The notes: generated from the letters alone by a model not told the origin. Numbered from the stretch's first letter, positions 11,869 to 27,391 are shown. The stretch: 64,000 nucleotides of DNA from Octopus bimaculoides (GCF_001194135.2 NC_068998.1:14970460-15034459), one strand, 5' to 3'. Numbers and translations are program-made.

Positions 11869-12548
11869 NNNNNNNNNNNNNNNNNNNNNNNNNNNNNNNN
11901 NNNNNNNNNNNNNNNNNNNNNNNNNNNNNNNNNNNNNNNNNNNNNNNNNNNNNNNNNNNNNNNNNNNNNNNNNNNNNNNNNNNNNNNNNNNNNNNNNNNN
12001 NNNNNNNNNNNNNNNNNNNNNNNNNNNNNNNNNNNNNNNNNNNNNNNNNNNNNNNNNNNNNNNNNNNNNNNNNNNNNNNNNNNNNNNNNNNNNNNNNNNN
12101 NNNNNNNNNNNNNNNNNNNNNNNNNNNNNNNNNNNNNNNNNNNNNNNNNNNNNNNNNNNNNNNNNNNNNNNNNNNNNNNNNNNNNNNNNNNNNNNNNNNN
12201 NNNNNNNNNNNNNNNNNNNNNNNNNNNNNNNNNNNNNNNNNNNNNNNNNNNNNNNNNNNNNNNNNNNNNNNNNNNNNNNNNNNNNNNNNNNNNNNNNNNN
12301 NNNNNNNNNNNNNNNNNNNNNNNNNNNNNNNNNNNNNNNNNNNNNNNNNNNNNNNNNNNNNNNNNNNNNNNNNNNNNNNNNNNNNNNNNNNNNNNNNNNN
12401 NNNNNNNNNNNNNNNNNNNNNNNNNNNNNNNNNNNNNNNNNNNNNNNNNNNNNNNNNNNNNNNNNNNNNNNNNNNNNNNNNNNNNNNNNNNNNNNNNNNN
12501 NNNNNNNNNNNNNNNNNNNNNNNNNNNNNNNNNNNNNNNNNNNNNNNN
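11869..12548. other. Assembly gap (N run)
   Basis: N characters. Other gaps: 22454-22463, 25170-25186, 26259-26294, 26595-26604, 26816-26868, 28531-28757, 31434-32346, 33498-33507, 36105-36429, 36861-37292, 39540-39621, 50293-50341, 55382-56308. Confidence 1.
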
Positions 12549-12554
12549 CAAGTA

Positions 12555-12606
12555 TTAATTGACCATTTTCTTTCCTTCAAAAGTCGGCACGAACTTTCCG
12601 GACAAC

Positions 12607-12612
<6 letters not shown>
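12555..12612 (-). mobile_element. Mariner-type terminal inverted repeat remnant
   Basis: Minus strand tattgggttgtccggaaagttcgtgccga next to a (TA)n tract resembles mariner TIRs. Confidence 0.4.
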
Positions 12613-12643
<31 letters not shown>

Positions 12644-12665
12644 AAAAAATGTGTCGTAAATAAAC

Positions 12666-13034
12666 ATCTTTGGCACTCCGTCGCTTACGACGTCGAATGT
12701 TCCAGTTGACCCGATCAACAGAACAGCCTGCTCGTGAAATTAACGTGCAAGTGGCTGACCACTCCACAGACACGTATATCCTTAACGTAGTTCTCGGGGA
12801 TATTCAGCGTGACACAGCGTGACAAGGCTGGCCCTTTGAATTACAGGCACAACAGAAACAGGAAGTAAGAGTGAGGGAAAGTTGCAGTAGAGTTCGCCAC
12901 CATCCCCTGCCGGAGCCTCGTGGAGATTTAGGTGTTTTCGCTCAATAAACACTCACAACGCCCGGTCTGGGAATCGAAACCGCGATCTTATGACCGCGTA
13001 TCCGCTGCCCTAACCAATGGGCCATTGCGCCTCC
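12666..13034 (-). mobile_element. SINE family C, well-preserved full-length copy with tRNA-like head
   Basis: Head ggaggcgcaatggcccattggttagggcagcg...ggtttcgattcccagaccggg (A and B boxes); tail ...aactggaacattcgacgtcgtaagcgacggagtgcca. Confidence 0.85.
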
Positions 13035-13554
13035 GCCGTAAATCAACATGAACATATACTAAATACACAGACGAACGGAAAACACATTGAAAATACATTC
13101 ACATTCAGATACGTTGTTGTTTGTGTATACATATGTACTCACAGTAAATTAATAACGTGGACCATCTTGCACATTGAAAATTCTTTGTTCAATCTAAATA
13201 CTTGACATATCACACACGCCTTTTTCTAAGTTTATGAGATCTAAGCACATGTAAATTACTACAATAACAACTGCTTCGAGGGCTAACAATATTCTGTGAT
13301 TAATATATCTGTCTTTTCGCTATTATTATGTGGTCATTCAAATTTTAGATTGTCAATTTAATACTATGAGAAGGAATATGTTTATAATAACACTGATTTC
13401 TACGGCCCACGCAAATTTATGAATGAATTTTGTGGAGAATGTGTCTCATTAAATCGTTCTAGTAATGTTCATCATCACCTTCATCATCATCTTCATCACC
13501 ATCATCATTTTTGTTGTTGTTGTTGTTGTTGTTGTTATTTTTATTATTATTATG

Positions 13555-13775
13555 GAAAGCGGTAAGCTGATAGAATCGTTATCACGTCGGACGAAATGCT
13601 TAGCAGTATTTCATCTGTCTTCACATTCTGAGATCAAATGCCGCCAATGTCGACTTTGTCTTTCGTCCCTCCAGATCGATAAAATAAGTACCAGTTGAGC
13701 ACTAGGATCAATGTAATCGACTTACTCCCCACCAAACAAAAAATTTCAGGACTTGTGCCTTTAATAGAAAGGATG

Positions 13776-13816
<41 letters not shown>

Positions 13817-13840
13817 CCTCATTATTATTATCAGCAGCAG

Positions 13841-13878
<38 letters not shown>

Positions 13879-13880
13879 TT
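13555..13880 (+). mobile_element. SINE family A with long (ATT)n tail
   Basis: Full head-core-tail homology followed by an ATT/AGC microsatellite. Confidence 0.85.
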
Positions 13881-13983
13881 GAAGTTTATGATCGGTACTT
13901 AGATCTTTCCCAGATAAATATATAAACTATTTTTTTTATGCACGCTAAGCGTTTCTCTTTCCGAATAAATATTTCTGGAGCAT

Positions 13984-14125
13984 GGCGGCAAACTGGCAGA
14001 ATCGTCAGCGCGCTATGTGAAATGCTTAGCGCTATTTCGTCTTTCTTCAGACGACACTGGAAGTCGATGTAATCGACTAGTCCTCTCCCTCAAAAATGGC
14101 TGCCCTTGTGGTAGCGATTCATTAT
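13984..14125 (+). mobile_element. SINE family A, internally deleted
   Basis: Head joined directly to actggaagtcgatgtaatcgact; B-box and core missing. Confidence 0.7.
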
Positions 14126-14416
14126 TCGTACTAGAAATATATTGTCTTCTTGCACGTAAGTTTAATTTTTGAAAAATTTTGTTTTCAAAAGTTGTTAACT
14201 GTTTGTTTTATTACAAAACGCTTGATAAAATCGTCACCATTGCATAGGTCTTGTTTGTTTGTGGCCCCTGGGAGGTGGCAATTTCAAAAAGAAAATTTTC
14301 ATTTTGTTTAAAAAAAAATTGATAAACATACATGGCGATGCTAGTCTTACTAACAGACATGGAAGATGAAGTAAAAGGTAGCTTTCATAGTGAGTTACAA
14401 GACACCTCAGATTTTA

Positions 14417-14655
14417 GAGGCGCGTGGCTTAGTGGCTAGGGTTTGGGACTCATGATTGTAAGATTGTGGTTTCGATTCCTGGACAGGGCGACGCGTTTTG
14501 TTCTTGGGCAAAGGACTTCATTTCACGATGCTTCAGTCCACTCAGCTGGCAAAATGAATAATTCCGCGACGAACCGGCGTCCCGTCCAGGGAATATACAC
14601 GCCATGAAACCGAAAAACTGGCCCTTATGAGTCGAGAAGGTAACTTTACCTTTAC
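14417..14655 (+). mobile_element. SINE family D (tRNA head, CORE/V-like central block, tail aaggtaactttacctttac)
   Basis: gaggcgcgtggcttagtggctaggg...ggtttcgattcctgg; gcgacgaaccggcgtcccgtccaggg; reverse copy at 19365-19600. Confidence 0.8.
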
Positions 14656-15034
14656 ACCTCATATTTTATATATATTAATACAACACCCTCTATTTACAGT
14701 TCGGTGCCATGCTCCAGAAATATATATTCAAGAATAATTAACGTGAGACAGACTTTCTGACATGCTCAAGATTCTGCCATTTCGTCGATATAAGCTGTGG
14801 GTTATATATTGTACTATCGTATCTACCTTTCGCACCAGGAATGTCATTCCAAAAACAAAACATTTTATTTACAAAATGTTTATATTCATATGAAAGGAAA
14901 AGTATTAATTCCTTTAAAATATGTAGGCCAGGAAATACAATTTACTAGCAAAGAGATATAAGAAAGTATTACAAATATGATAGTAAGAGAAATCAATTTG
15001 GAGTAGATATTTCTGATTATTCACAAGGTCAGCA

Positions 15035-15225
15035 GATTTGATAAGACGTGGCCAGTCGATTACTCCCACCATACACAATTTGGTTGATGATGCTTGATTT
15101 TATTGATCCCATAAAAATAAAGTGCAAAGTCGACCTCGGCAAAAATTCAGCTAAGAATTTAAAGGTCCAGATTAAATATCGCAAAGCATTTTTCCGATGC
15201 TTTAAAGTTTTTGCCAATCTAGTCT
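15035..15225 (-). mobile_element. SINE family A
   Basis: gcaaagtcgacctcggcaaaaattcagc...gcaaagcattttt. Confidence 0.75.
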
Positions 15226-16057
15226 CGTAGCACGAGAAAATAACACTTTTAAATATTAATAGGGAAAAAATATTAATGGGATAAATTGAACAAGTTTCTT
15301 TCGGTAGTATTCCTATGTGTATTCTAAAGGAAAGCTTCTAAGGAAGATTCGTTAAGTTTATTTAACTGGGGCCCTCGGATACAGTTGTTTATATTTTTGG
15401 AAGGAACAGTATAAACTGAAAACGTTGTTATAATATAGTTATTATTCACTTCGAAATTCGTGGAATTACCACGGATTTTGCTAGTGAGACATTATCTTAA
15501 GCATAAAAAACCCAGTCATTGCAACACTAATGTCTTTTCTTCCAGGCAAATAGTTTGTGCCTTATAGCTTGGTATTTATTACCTATCATTTTCTGCAGTT
15601 CTTCAACATCTGCTATTACCTACTAGCAAAAGTAAATAGACGTTTCAACGTAATGCTCGTATTTTGTCATAAATAGTGCGTGTGTGTGCGCGCGAGAGAG
15701 AGACTGAGTGAGTGAGTAATTGTGTGTGGTGGGAGTGATCAACTATAAACATATTGATCTACTTCTTAAAGAAATCGTTCTTCTCGCGAGATGAGGGGAT
15801 ATTACTAAAGGCAGTGTTTTAGAAATACTCATCGTATTCACCTCGCGTGTATAGAATCTATAGTTGACACATAGATTTTGAACACCGTAAACTAAAGCAA
15901 TTCATACCGTTTTTTATGAACTTATCACCGTCTTCACAGTAGTCTTGTTCATTCTTGTAGATAGAAAACAGCTTTGCCTTTCATAAATGGACTGTTTAAT
16001 TTGTATCAATATCAAATTGAAAAGAATTTTCCTGTTAATATTACTTTTTTACTCAGG

Positions 16058-16250
16058 CTAAGGCAACGAGCTGGCGGAATGAATCGTTAGCATGCAGGGC
16101 AAAATGCTCAGCGACGTTTTGTCCATCTTCATGTTCTGAGTTCAAATTCCGACGAGGTTGGCTTCACCTTTCATCCTTTCAGGATCAATAAAATAAGACC
16201 ATTTGAGCACTGGGGACGATGTAACCGACTTACTCATCCCCCTCAAAATT
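16058..16250 (+). mobile_element. SINE family A, truncating the adjacent Tc1 element
   Basis: aaggcaacgagctggcggaa...gagttcaaattccgacgagg. Confidence 0.85.
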
Positions 16251-16601
16251 CTGTTTCAACGAGGAGGTTTTCTCCTCCTTCTGAAAGGCTGTTATTACTT
16301 TCAAGACAGTACTTCTTGATACACCAAGCAGTTTGGCTGTTTTCGTTACGCTAGCGCTTGCCATACAAGCACAAACAATTTGACCTGTTTAACAGTACGA
16401 TTGATGTGTCATTTTAATGAACTTTGATTACTTTTTTTCTGATGATATCTAAAAAGAAACGGCAATTTTAGCAAAACATATTAAGCGACACTAATAATAA
16501 ATCAAAAAACATAAATATGAACAAGCTTTTGGTGGTTTTATAGATATTTGAAAATTATGATGCTATGATGCTAAGTCTATCCATTATTTTGTCCAACCCC
16601 T
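16251..16601 (-). mobile_element. Tc1-like DNA transposon 5' end: TIR plus N-terminal HTH of transposase
   Basis: TIR aggggttggacaaaataatgga at about 16580-16601; GQIVCACMASASVTKTAKLLGVSRSTVLKVITAFQKEEKTSSLKQ at about 16251-16388. Confidence 0.8.
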
Positions 16602-17660
16602 AAATCATTGTTTCTGATTTAGGCACAAATCCATCAATTTTGAAGGGTCGAGTGCACTAGTCAATAACAACTTGACTGATACGCCATTTCATCGAACCCG
16701 GAGGGCTAAAACGCAAAGCTGATGTGGGTGGGATTTGAACTTAGAACGTAAAGAGCCAGAGGAAATAGCAAAAAAAAACGAGTTATTTAATTAATTATAG
16801 ACTTTCGCTTATAAATTTGTTATCAGCTGTCAATATTCAAAATCAATATTAAAAATGTAAACTTGGAAATTATTTTAAAATGTCGATTTTCTTTCACCAG
16901 ACATAAAGACTTCAAACTTTTAGGCGGGAGAGGGTGGGGCACGAATAGGAATCTAACATTATTATGTTCTCCGAATGTATTAGTTATATAATCAAAAATA
17001 AAGTGGTTTAAATTAGGAAGCAAAACAAATCTGCTTTCAGCTTACCAAGATTTCAAAATTGATTTCTTACTACTTGAAACAAAGCCAAGAATTGGTTTGA
17101 GAAAGAAGGATGTTTTGTGGCGTGTAATTTTCAACGGCTTTAATAGCGTATTTCATCTGAAATCTTTTAAAACGGAAACCAAAGCCGAATCGTGAACTCT
17201 GCTCACTAGGATTGATATACTACAAGTTTCGGATTATCTTTTACTTGTTTCTGTAATAGTAGCTAATCTATCGTCCAAAGTGGCAGCATGTCGTCACCAA
17301 AGAAACGGAGCAGATGGAAAACAACAGCATCAAGTGGCAGAGAAGAGACGTCGAAGACGAAAAGATCGACTCGCACTTCCTCGTCCCCCGCGAACTTACC
17401 CTTCTATACCAGCCTTGGCCCGAACAGCCTCTTTAAGCACTTGCACTCATCGCACCCATCAGGATGAAGAGGCACAATCAACCGCTACACATTAACTACT
17501 CGGATACGAATTAATGCCGATGACAACCACTTATTCTATCATCATCTTCGTGCCGGACCGCTAATTTTGGTTGTCAAGCTGCACATGTGTGTGGGGTAGG
17601 TGGGGGGAAATACAAGCAGATGCAGATACATATATAAAGATAGATACAAATACACACACA

Positions 17661-17880
17661 GGAGGAGGAGGAGGAGGAGGAGGAGGAGGAGGAGGAGGAG
17701 GAGGAGGAGGAGGAAGCTGATGACGATGACGACAACGATGACTACGATGATGACGATGATGGTCGTGATGGTCATGGTGACGACGACGAGGGCGACCGAG
17801 ACAACGATGACGTCGATAACGTTGACGACGACGACGACGATGATGATGTCGACCACGAAGAGGCGGACGAAAACTAAAAT
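17661..17880. repeat. (GGA)n followed by degenerate (GAT/GAC)n low-complexity tract
   Basis: Direct reading. Confidence 0.9.
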
Positions 17881-19364
17881 GAGGATTAAGATGACGGTGG
17901 TGAGTCTCCAGTTAACGCTCATGAATGAAACATTTTAAGAAATACGCTACAGTTAAGTTCACAGCGTTTGTTTAATATTAAACTACATGATTTAAAGTAT
18001 CGATTAAGCTTATTCAAAACCATAATCGAAGAATTCATAGATTTCTTTGCCTACAACACTAACTGCATAGAAACTCTTTCTTTAGCTCGCATGATTGTGA
18101 ACTTTAGCAGTAGTACAACTCTGTCACTTATAACCCCATGTTAGCTCCAGTTGAGCTGATCTATGATCAAATATTCTAACCATGACCATTCCTGTTATTT
18201 CGTACATTGCTTATCTTTATTCCAGACATTTTATTATTGTTAAGTTTTTGTTTCAAAGTTGGTTGGGTGTTATTTGATGAAGATGTCGCTGCTGTTTTCT
18301 GTAAGTTATATGAACACATAGAAGTTCCTTCCATTGGTTAACAAAGTGGATGTGAAATTTGGATGGAAGAGCTTCTTCAATAAACTTGATACGATAGATA
18401 TGACTCAGTTTGCGAAATGGCAGAAAAAGTTACATACTGAATTCAAATAAGGTCGTACCAAAAATATGCAAAGTTCTTAATAAAAACTCTTCAAATGAGA
18501 TTATTTATGTAATAATTAGTTTAAAAAATTCTTTTTGGGGTATTGAAAATTTAAAACAAAAAAAAAGCAGAAGGTTGACAACTCCAATAAAATTAACTAA
18601 ATGAAAATTTTCAAATACAATGATGAAGTATATGGGGATGAATCATAGTGTTAAAGCTAACTGGTGAAAGTAAAAGACGTATTGCAGTCATATTACACCT
18701 CCTCAACAAAGTATGTACTAAGACTAAGAAGTAATCCTTATTTAGAGAAATAGAGGAGATGCAGTGGTGCTGACTATGAATATGAACGATTTTGTTCAAT
18801 ATATCTCGGAAGGAGTGTTCTAAATATTTTACAAACGTATTATAGCGTCTCATTATTTCCTAAAGACATTACGTTCAATGATGATATTTCCTATAATAAA
18901 TTCTTGAGTGCTGTAATTTTATTTCTCATGTCTTTATTATTATCTTCGCACCGGCTATCTAGAAAATTAGATTCTTCATATTTCACGTCTCTACAACATT
19001 TTTAATATTTTCATATGTCCTACGACTAATCATTTCTTTCTCTTTCAGATTTTTACTCACTCCTGCATTTCATTTCTAATTAATATTGAGCCGTTTGTTC
19101 TAATAAAAACTTCGCTAACTACATATAACCCGAAGTTTATTACACGGTGGTGAAATGAAATGTACTTGATCACTGAAATTTTGTCTTATGCACTTCTGTC
19201 AAACAACTCTCAAGTCTATGGTAATAAACAAATACTTTTAGATATTTTATTAATGTGCGATTACATTTTGTCAGCATTTATTTCTTGAGGTCATAGTTAT
19301 ATTAAATTCATTTTAAACAGACAATAGACTTTCGGAGTCTGTATTGATTTAAATAGAAAAATAG

Positions 19365-19600
19365 GATATAACTCCTTCCCAAGTCATGTAGACTCAAAGG
19401 GACCGTTTCCCGGTGTCCGTGGCGTATATACTCCCCAATGGACAGGATGCGGCCCGTCGCAGGATTACTTAATTTTGCCTGGTGAATCATTTGGAGCAAC
19501 GTGAAATGAAGTGTTTTACGCAAGAGCACAAGGCTTTGTCCGGTCTAGGAATCAAAGTCACAATCTTACGATCATGGATCCAGAACCCTAACCACTGATC
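19365..19600 (-). mobile_element. SINE family D
   Basis: Reverse-complement homology to 14417-14655. Confidence 0.75.
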
Positions 19601-21039
19601 CATATGTCATCACTTCTTTTGATTTACAGATTTATTAAATTCCTATGACAATATATTGACAACTGTCTGCGTTTCATTTATATGATATCATGCATTTTCA
19701 ATCATTAATTTCATGAAACAAATGTTTTTAAAATATTTACATATGCGCATCATTTTGAACTCTTTGATTAAATAGTATCGGACATGGAATCGCACTACGA
19801 ATTTTTTTTGTTCTAGCGACACAATGCAACTAAAATGAATTTCCCAAAGTAAGATGTGGTCTCAACAGCTTGGGGCGCCCAGACATCAGAGGATCATCAA
19901 AATCATTAAAATCAGAAATAGATATGAGTGAAGGGAAAGAATACCCTCACCTTTAACAAGCACGGTAACAACATGCATATATTTCGATCTTATAAAGTCT
20001 TCTTAGTAAACCAAAGTCATTAAAGTGTTTTCCACGAAGACACAAATACCAATCAGGCATACACAAAGATGAACATAGAAATGAGCATCAATTTCTATCA
20101 CTATTTATCTACGAATAAAATATTGTCTCTTTTTGTATCTGCACGTCTATATCTTAGCTTCTTAGCTTGTCAATTTTTATACGTCTATGCCTTTGCACAT
20201 GGGTTCGTGTGTGCATGCTTATTGTTTAATCCATCTAACTATCCGTCTATCTGTCTGCCTAGCCATCTATCTATCTAAAGTTTCAGAGAGAAGGTTTCTA
20301 AATTTAGCAAAAAGAATTTAAATTGCTCTTTGGTTTCAAATACTGACTGCGCTGTGCACTAACAGCTAACATTTGCTTGTTTTATCTATTATTCTAGCTA
20401 TGTATCTAATAATCTATTTAAGGTGGTGCAGTACTTTGTTGAAATTGTGAAACATCCAGGTGTTATTTTAGCATAGCGTAGTTTGGTTGTAGTTTTATAA
20501 AACAATCTCTAAAGCTACAACTGAACTAAATCTATTCATCTCACGATCGATCGCTAATTATGAATATGTACATATGTATGTACCACTCAATCTTGCATTC
20601 GTATTCTCGTATTCGTATTTGCACGAATACTTCCATTTTGCTACACAAAATGTTAGCTCTTTGTATTTCTCAAATTTAGCAAGAATAAAAAGATAAATAC
20701 ATCAAGCGAAATCAGAATTCCCATGACATCCGTTTAAGGAACGGATCAATTATGAGAGAAAAAAATTTACGCAACTAAAATAAGGATGAAAGAGATTTGA
20801 TTAATTTCTATATAATATACATTCAGAAATAGTGTTGAGAAGGACGCCTATACAACTATATAACGATACTACATCGTTTTTATAGAAGGCTGAGAAACAT
20901 TATTGTGTTTATAAATGCAAAAATAAACATTTAGCTAGAATATGCGTTGTTATAAGGAAACGTATTTAAACTTCAACACATTCATAAACATATAAATTTC
21001 AGGATATGTATTTGTATGCTAGCATGTGCATAGGAAGAT

Positions 21040-21334
21040 AGTTGCGCGCGCACACACACACAAACGTACATGCACATACATACACAGACAGATACAGAGA
21101 GAGGGAGAGAGAGAGACAAAGAGACATATATATGTGTATGCTTATATATGTGTATGCTTATATATGTGTATTTATGTATACATATGCAGGCATATATATA
21201 TTTGTATGTATACAGATATGTGTTTATGTTTGTGTGTGCGTGTGTGTGCGTGTGTGTGCATATATATGTATACATACATATATTTGTATCTATGTATGTA
21301 TATATATACACATATGAATGAGAGACAGACAGAC

Positions 21335-21394
<60 letters not shown>

Positions 21395-21395
21395 T
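21040..21395. repeat. CA/GA/TA/TG/(GATA)n microsatellite cluster
   Basis: Direct reading; similar clusters at 22240-22530, 25640-25780, 27290-27600, 50200-50635, 51830-51970. Confidence 0.95.
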
Positions 21396-22319
21396 TACGA
21401 ATGATACGTTTAAATTTATATGCATAACGAATGTATACATATGTATTAATGTGAGTGTGTCTGTGTAAAGTGAGTTAAAGACATTTAAACATTACTGTAA
21501 TAATGATTGCTTCTTTATTTGTCACATAATATCGATAATAATGATAACAATTACACTTAAATTTTACACAAGCATCAGACGTCAGTCGGAACTAACGAGA
21601 ACAAAGAAGCAACAGAAGCCCGTGGTTCCAGACGATAGCAAATACAACATCGAAAACAACATCAAGAATAGAATTAACGCTAATGTCGACAGCAAAAACT
21701 CTACCACCAAGTAAACACCAAAAGTAAGAACGTCAACAATATATTCCGGTTAGTTACTAGAAACCATAACACTGATTTGAAAGTAAAAGCTAGAAAGCCT
21801 AATGGTTAGGCAAATATCCAAGCTGAGTATTTGAATAGATGTTAATTGAAAGTCCATTCTCTGTTTTCTTATATTGTGTACCTGAAACCATTCATGTTGT
21901 AAACTATTTCGTGATCAGGAAAGTAGACATCTACACATTGAAAATACGTTTCACATCTGAGAATACAATATGAGGAAATTGCCCTATAATCCTGGATTAG
22001 AACAACAGGAAAAGGCACTAAAGTAATTTGCTATGAAAAGATTTACCGGAACTCACATGGGTAAGATGATATCCGAAACAGTCGACTAAAGGAAATATTC
22101 ATGATGCATGAATACTTGCCTACTTTAGGTAAATGCTTTAAAACAGCAATAGAAATGCCGGTGAAAACAGAGGCGCAAGGATACACAATGCTACATTCCC
22201 AAATAAATAAAGTATGGACTTCAGCCCCGAAGAATATATCTGTTTCCATGTATGTATATATACATAAATACATGTATGTATGTGTGTATTTATGTACACA
22301 CACACACACACACACACAT

Positions 22320-22399
<80 letters not shown>

Positions 22400-22482
22400 A
22401 GAGGTAGATAAATGCATAGATATATTGGTGCGTATACATAAATAAATATGCTGNNNNNNNNNNTATAAATGTACACTAATTT

Positions 22483-22518
<36 letters not shown>

Positions 22519-24303
22519 CGCGCGCGCGCGCATTTCTATCCATACAAACACATACATACGTGTGGCTACTGAAACTGAATGTTTATTTCGCAACTCAAGT
22601 TTCATGCTAGTGCATTCTGCGGACGAGAACTGTTACAAGTGCATTTATATCTTTCGGCTTGGAAGAGTTGTAATGATTGACGCATTTCACTTGGCTGCCT
22701 TCCGCGTGTGCTTCTTGCACGTTATTTCCCTACCTCTTCATTGATTATTTTTGTACAATGGTGTTTTATTTCTTATGATTAAGAATGATTAAATGCACAC
22801 TTTTAATCTGTTTATTCACTCTAGATTTTTATCTTTTAATCTAGTTCAAGAAGTCCTTTTGCCAATTTTGATTTTATATTCTTTTTTATCAAGATTGTTT
22901 TGTTTGAGAGGTTTTGTTTACGCATCGTATTTTATTTGTAAATGTTTTTTGATCACTATTATATGATTTTGCTGAAAGATATTTTTAACTGAATTTTACA
23001 ACAAAGCTGTAGAGTTCCATAGCAGAATTATGTTGTCGTGGCTCTAAGAATCTCTTTGTTAAACTAATTAATGATTTTAGTTAAAATCATTGAAATCATT
23101 TTTAATCATAGTTCACGGTTGTGCTTTTGTGTTTGTTAGTGTTTGTGTGTTTGTAAGTGTGTGTGCGTCTTTATGTCTGTCTGTCAGTATTTGGGTGTAT
23201 GTGAGTGTATGCGTCTGTGTGAGTGAGTGTGTACGTATAAGTGTCACTGGTTTTCAATATATGTAGATGAGTGTGCATGGCACGGTTGAATGTTTATAGC
23301 TAGAAGGTTATGAAATTATATGTTGGTCAGAAAAACCGATGTAAATATTATTTCTACCATACAGTCTAAGTCGCATCGTGGATATATTTGTTAATTATAA
23401 TACATTGGATGTGTTTCTTTCTTTGTTTGTGTGTGCATGTGTGCATGTGCGTGAGTGCATGGGTGTGAGTGCGCGAACGTCTGATTTCCATATGTTTGTT
23501 GATTGGTGCAACTTCTTGTTCTCTGGTTGTGACGAATTTATTTCGAAATTCCTTTTATCCCATTGAGAAGGGTGCTGTATATTATACTATATGCATGTAT
23601 ACATCTCTTTTTATATATACATACTCATATAAATATATTTGCTTCGTTCGCCGAATAACATCTGTTCTCTGAATTGTATGTTCTCACGTGTATGTCTGTG
23701 TATATGTTAGTGAGTGTGGTTTTTCTTATCTTACGTGTTTTTCACTTACAATCATTGGCAAAGTTCCTTAACGGTTGTTGTGTGCAGCTACTTCTTATGT
23801 GTTGATGTATGTTTCCTTGTTTTAGGCAGGCAATAGGAGTACTATATAATTTATGAGTGCTTCAAGTGACTGCATTATACTTGATGTTAAAGAAACTGGC
23901 TATAAGCTCTATGATTCAGTAAAAGTACGAGTGCCTCGGAAATCAAACTGACTATTGAAGAGATATGATATTTCAAGAGCATACCCAATGAAAACTATGC
24001 TATATCTCCCCGGTTCTTGCACATCTCTCTATGAACTATATTTAATGGACCGAAGGGAATTTATCAATAGGTGGTAGCTGATTATGTATGCTCTGCTTAG
24101 TTTATAACCATTTTATGATGCGAAAGAAAAACACTTTAAATACATTAACGTTTTTAGAAAATAATGGTAAATGTGTTGAATGCAATAACAGGAAATCACC
24201 TTAGTACAAGGAGAATACTGTCTCCATACAAAGCATTTTAGATTAAAAACTTATAGCTCCAAATTGCTGAGGACAATTCTTAATTAAATATTTATTTGTG
24301 GTC

Positions 24304-24366
24304 TATGCCAAGCTAAAAAGGAACAACATACTCACATAGAGTATTGTTCCCTTTTAGCTAGGCATA
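24304..24366 (-). other. 63-nt imperfect hairpin (pre-miRNA-sized)
   Basis: Arms 24304-24333 and 24339-24366; 26 Watson-Crick pairs, one G.U on the minus strand, one U.U, 2-nt bulge, 5-nt loop. Confidence 0.6.
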
Positions 24367-25015
24367 AGCGTTCTATATAAGACAGTTCAAGATTTTGTAT
24401 GAAAGACATGAATAATTTGTTCAACCATAAATTGAAACATACAACAGGTTTCATAGAGGGAAACACTATTTCCAATTTTTTAAAGTTTTTCACGCTGATA
24501 ATCAATCAATACCATACGCTGATAATTAATCTATATTAAAAATAAGAACCGAAAGAGAATGGCATTGACGAAAATAATTTAGAGAATATTTACATTATCA
24601 GGAAAAAATATTTTTTCATAAAGAACAAAAACCTAGGATATTGGAAATGGCTTAAGAACATAAAAGTTAATCCATCACGGAAGATGAAACTTGTGAAGTT
24701 TGAGGATTCAGAACAGAACATTATTGATATAAAGAAAATGAAACCTAATGGAGAGAAATTCACAATTCCTGGTCGCTCGCCGAAGAAATAGATTTAATCA
24801 ACAGTAATTATAACAAATAACATCAATATATCAAATTTGGTAGACAAATACATACATACATATACAGAAAAGAGAAACTGAGCACAGTTGTGAAAATTAG
24901 TTGCCCAGTGGATGTTAACATAAAGCTGAAGATCAGTTAATAGTAGGACACCTATGTAGGACGACCTTACTATTGTGAGCCGAATGCCCTAACCACTAAG
25001 CCATACGTATACATA

Positions 25016-27033
<2,018 letters not shown>

Positions 27034-27304
27034 AAATTATGGATTTTTCCCTTATGAGGTTTTTCACGCTAATTTTTCCTTTATGAGGTTTTTCACGTTA
27101 CCTGCAGTAACATCCGTTCTAATGGAACAGCCAAGTTGATACGGCGACAAACATTACTTGCCAGCACAGCTACTGCGTTCGCTTCTTACAGAAATTTTTA
27201 AATTAGCTTATTTGCTTGTTGCAAGTTCAGCGTCTGAATGTCGCTTGAATTTATATATATTGCGAACAGAAGCGAAACAGACACAGAGAGAGGCACAGAG
27301 AGAC

Positions 27305-27335
<31 letters not shown>

Positions 27336-27391
27336 GACAGGTAGACAGACTGACGGTTAGACAGATAGAGAAGACAGACAGACATACAGAC

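Noticed and set aside
11739-12718. Long ORFs of 240-370 aa here and at 28369-28887, 31339-32516, 35926-37570 and 55301-56371
   Set aside because: They are open only because they cross N gaps.
12965-13034. tRNA-like sequence with A and B boxes
   Set aside because: It is the head of a SINE that continues for about 300 bp; not an independent tRNA gene.
17661-17878. Acidic E/D-rich reading frame (EEE...DDDDNDDY...EEADEN*)
   Set aside because: Degenerate GGA/GAT/GAC microsatellite with no credible start or acceptor; a similar tract occurs at 1330-1520.
24546-24790. ~82-codon stop-free plus frame (…YWKWLKNIKVNPSRKMKLVKFEDSEQ…)
   Set aside because: A-rich strand depletes stop codons; no splice signals and no recognisable motif.
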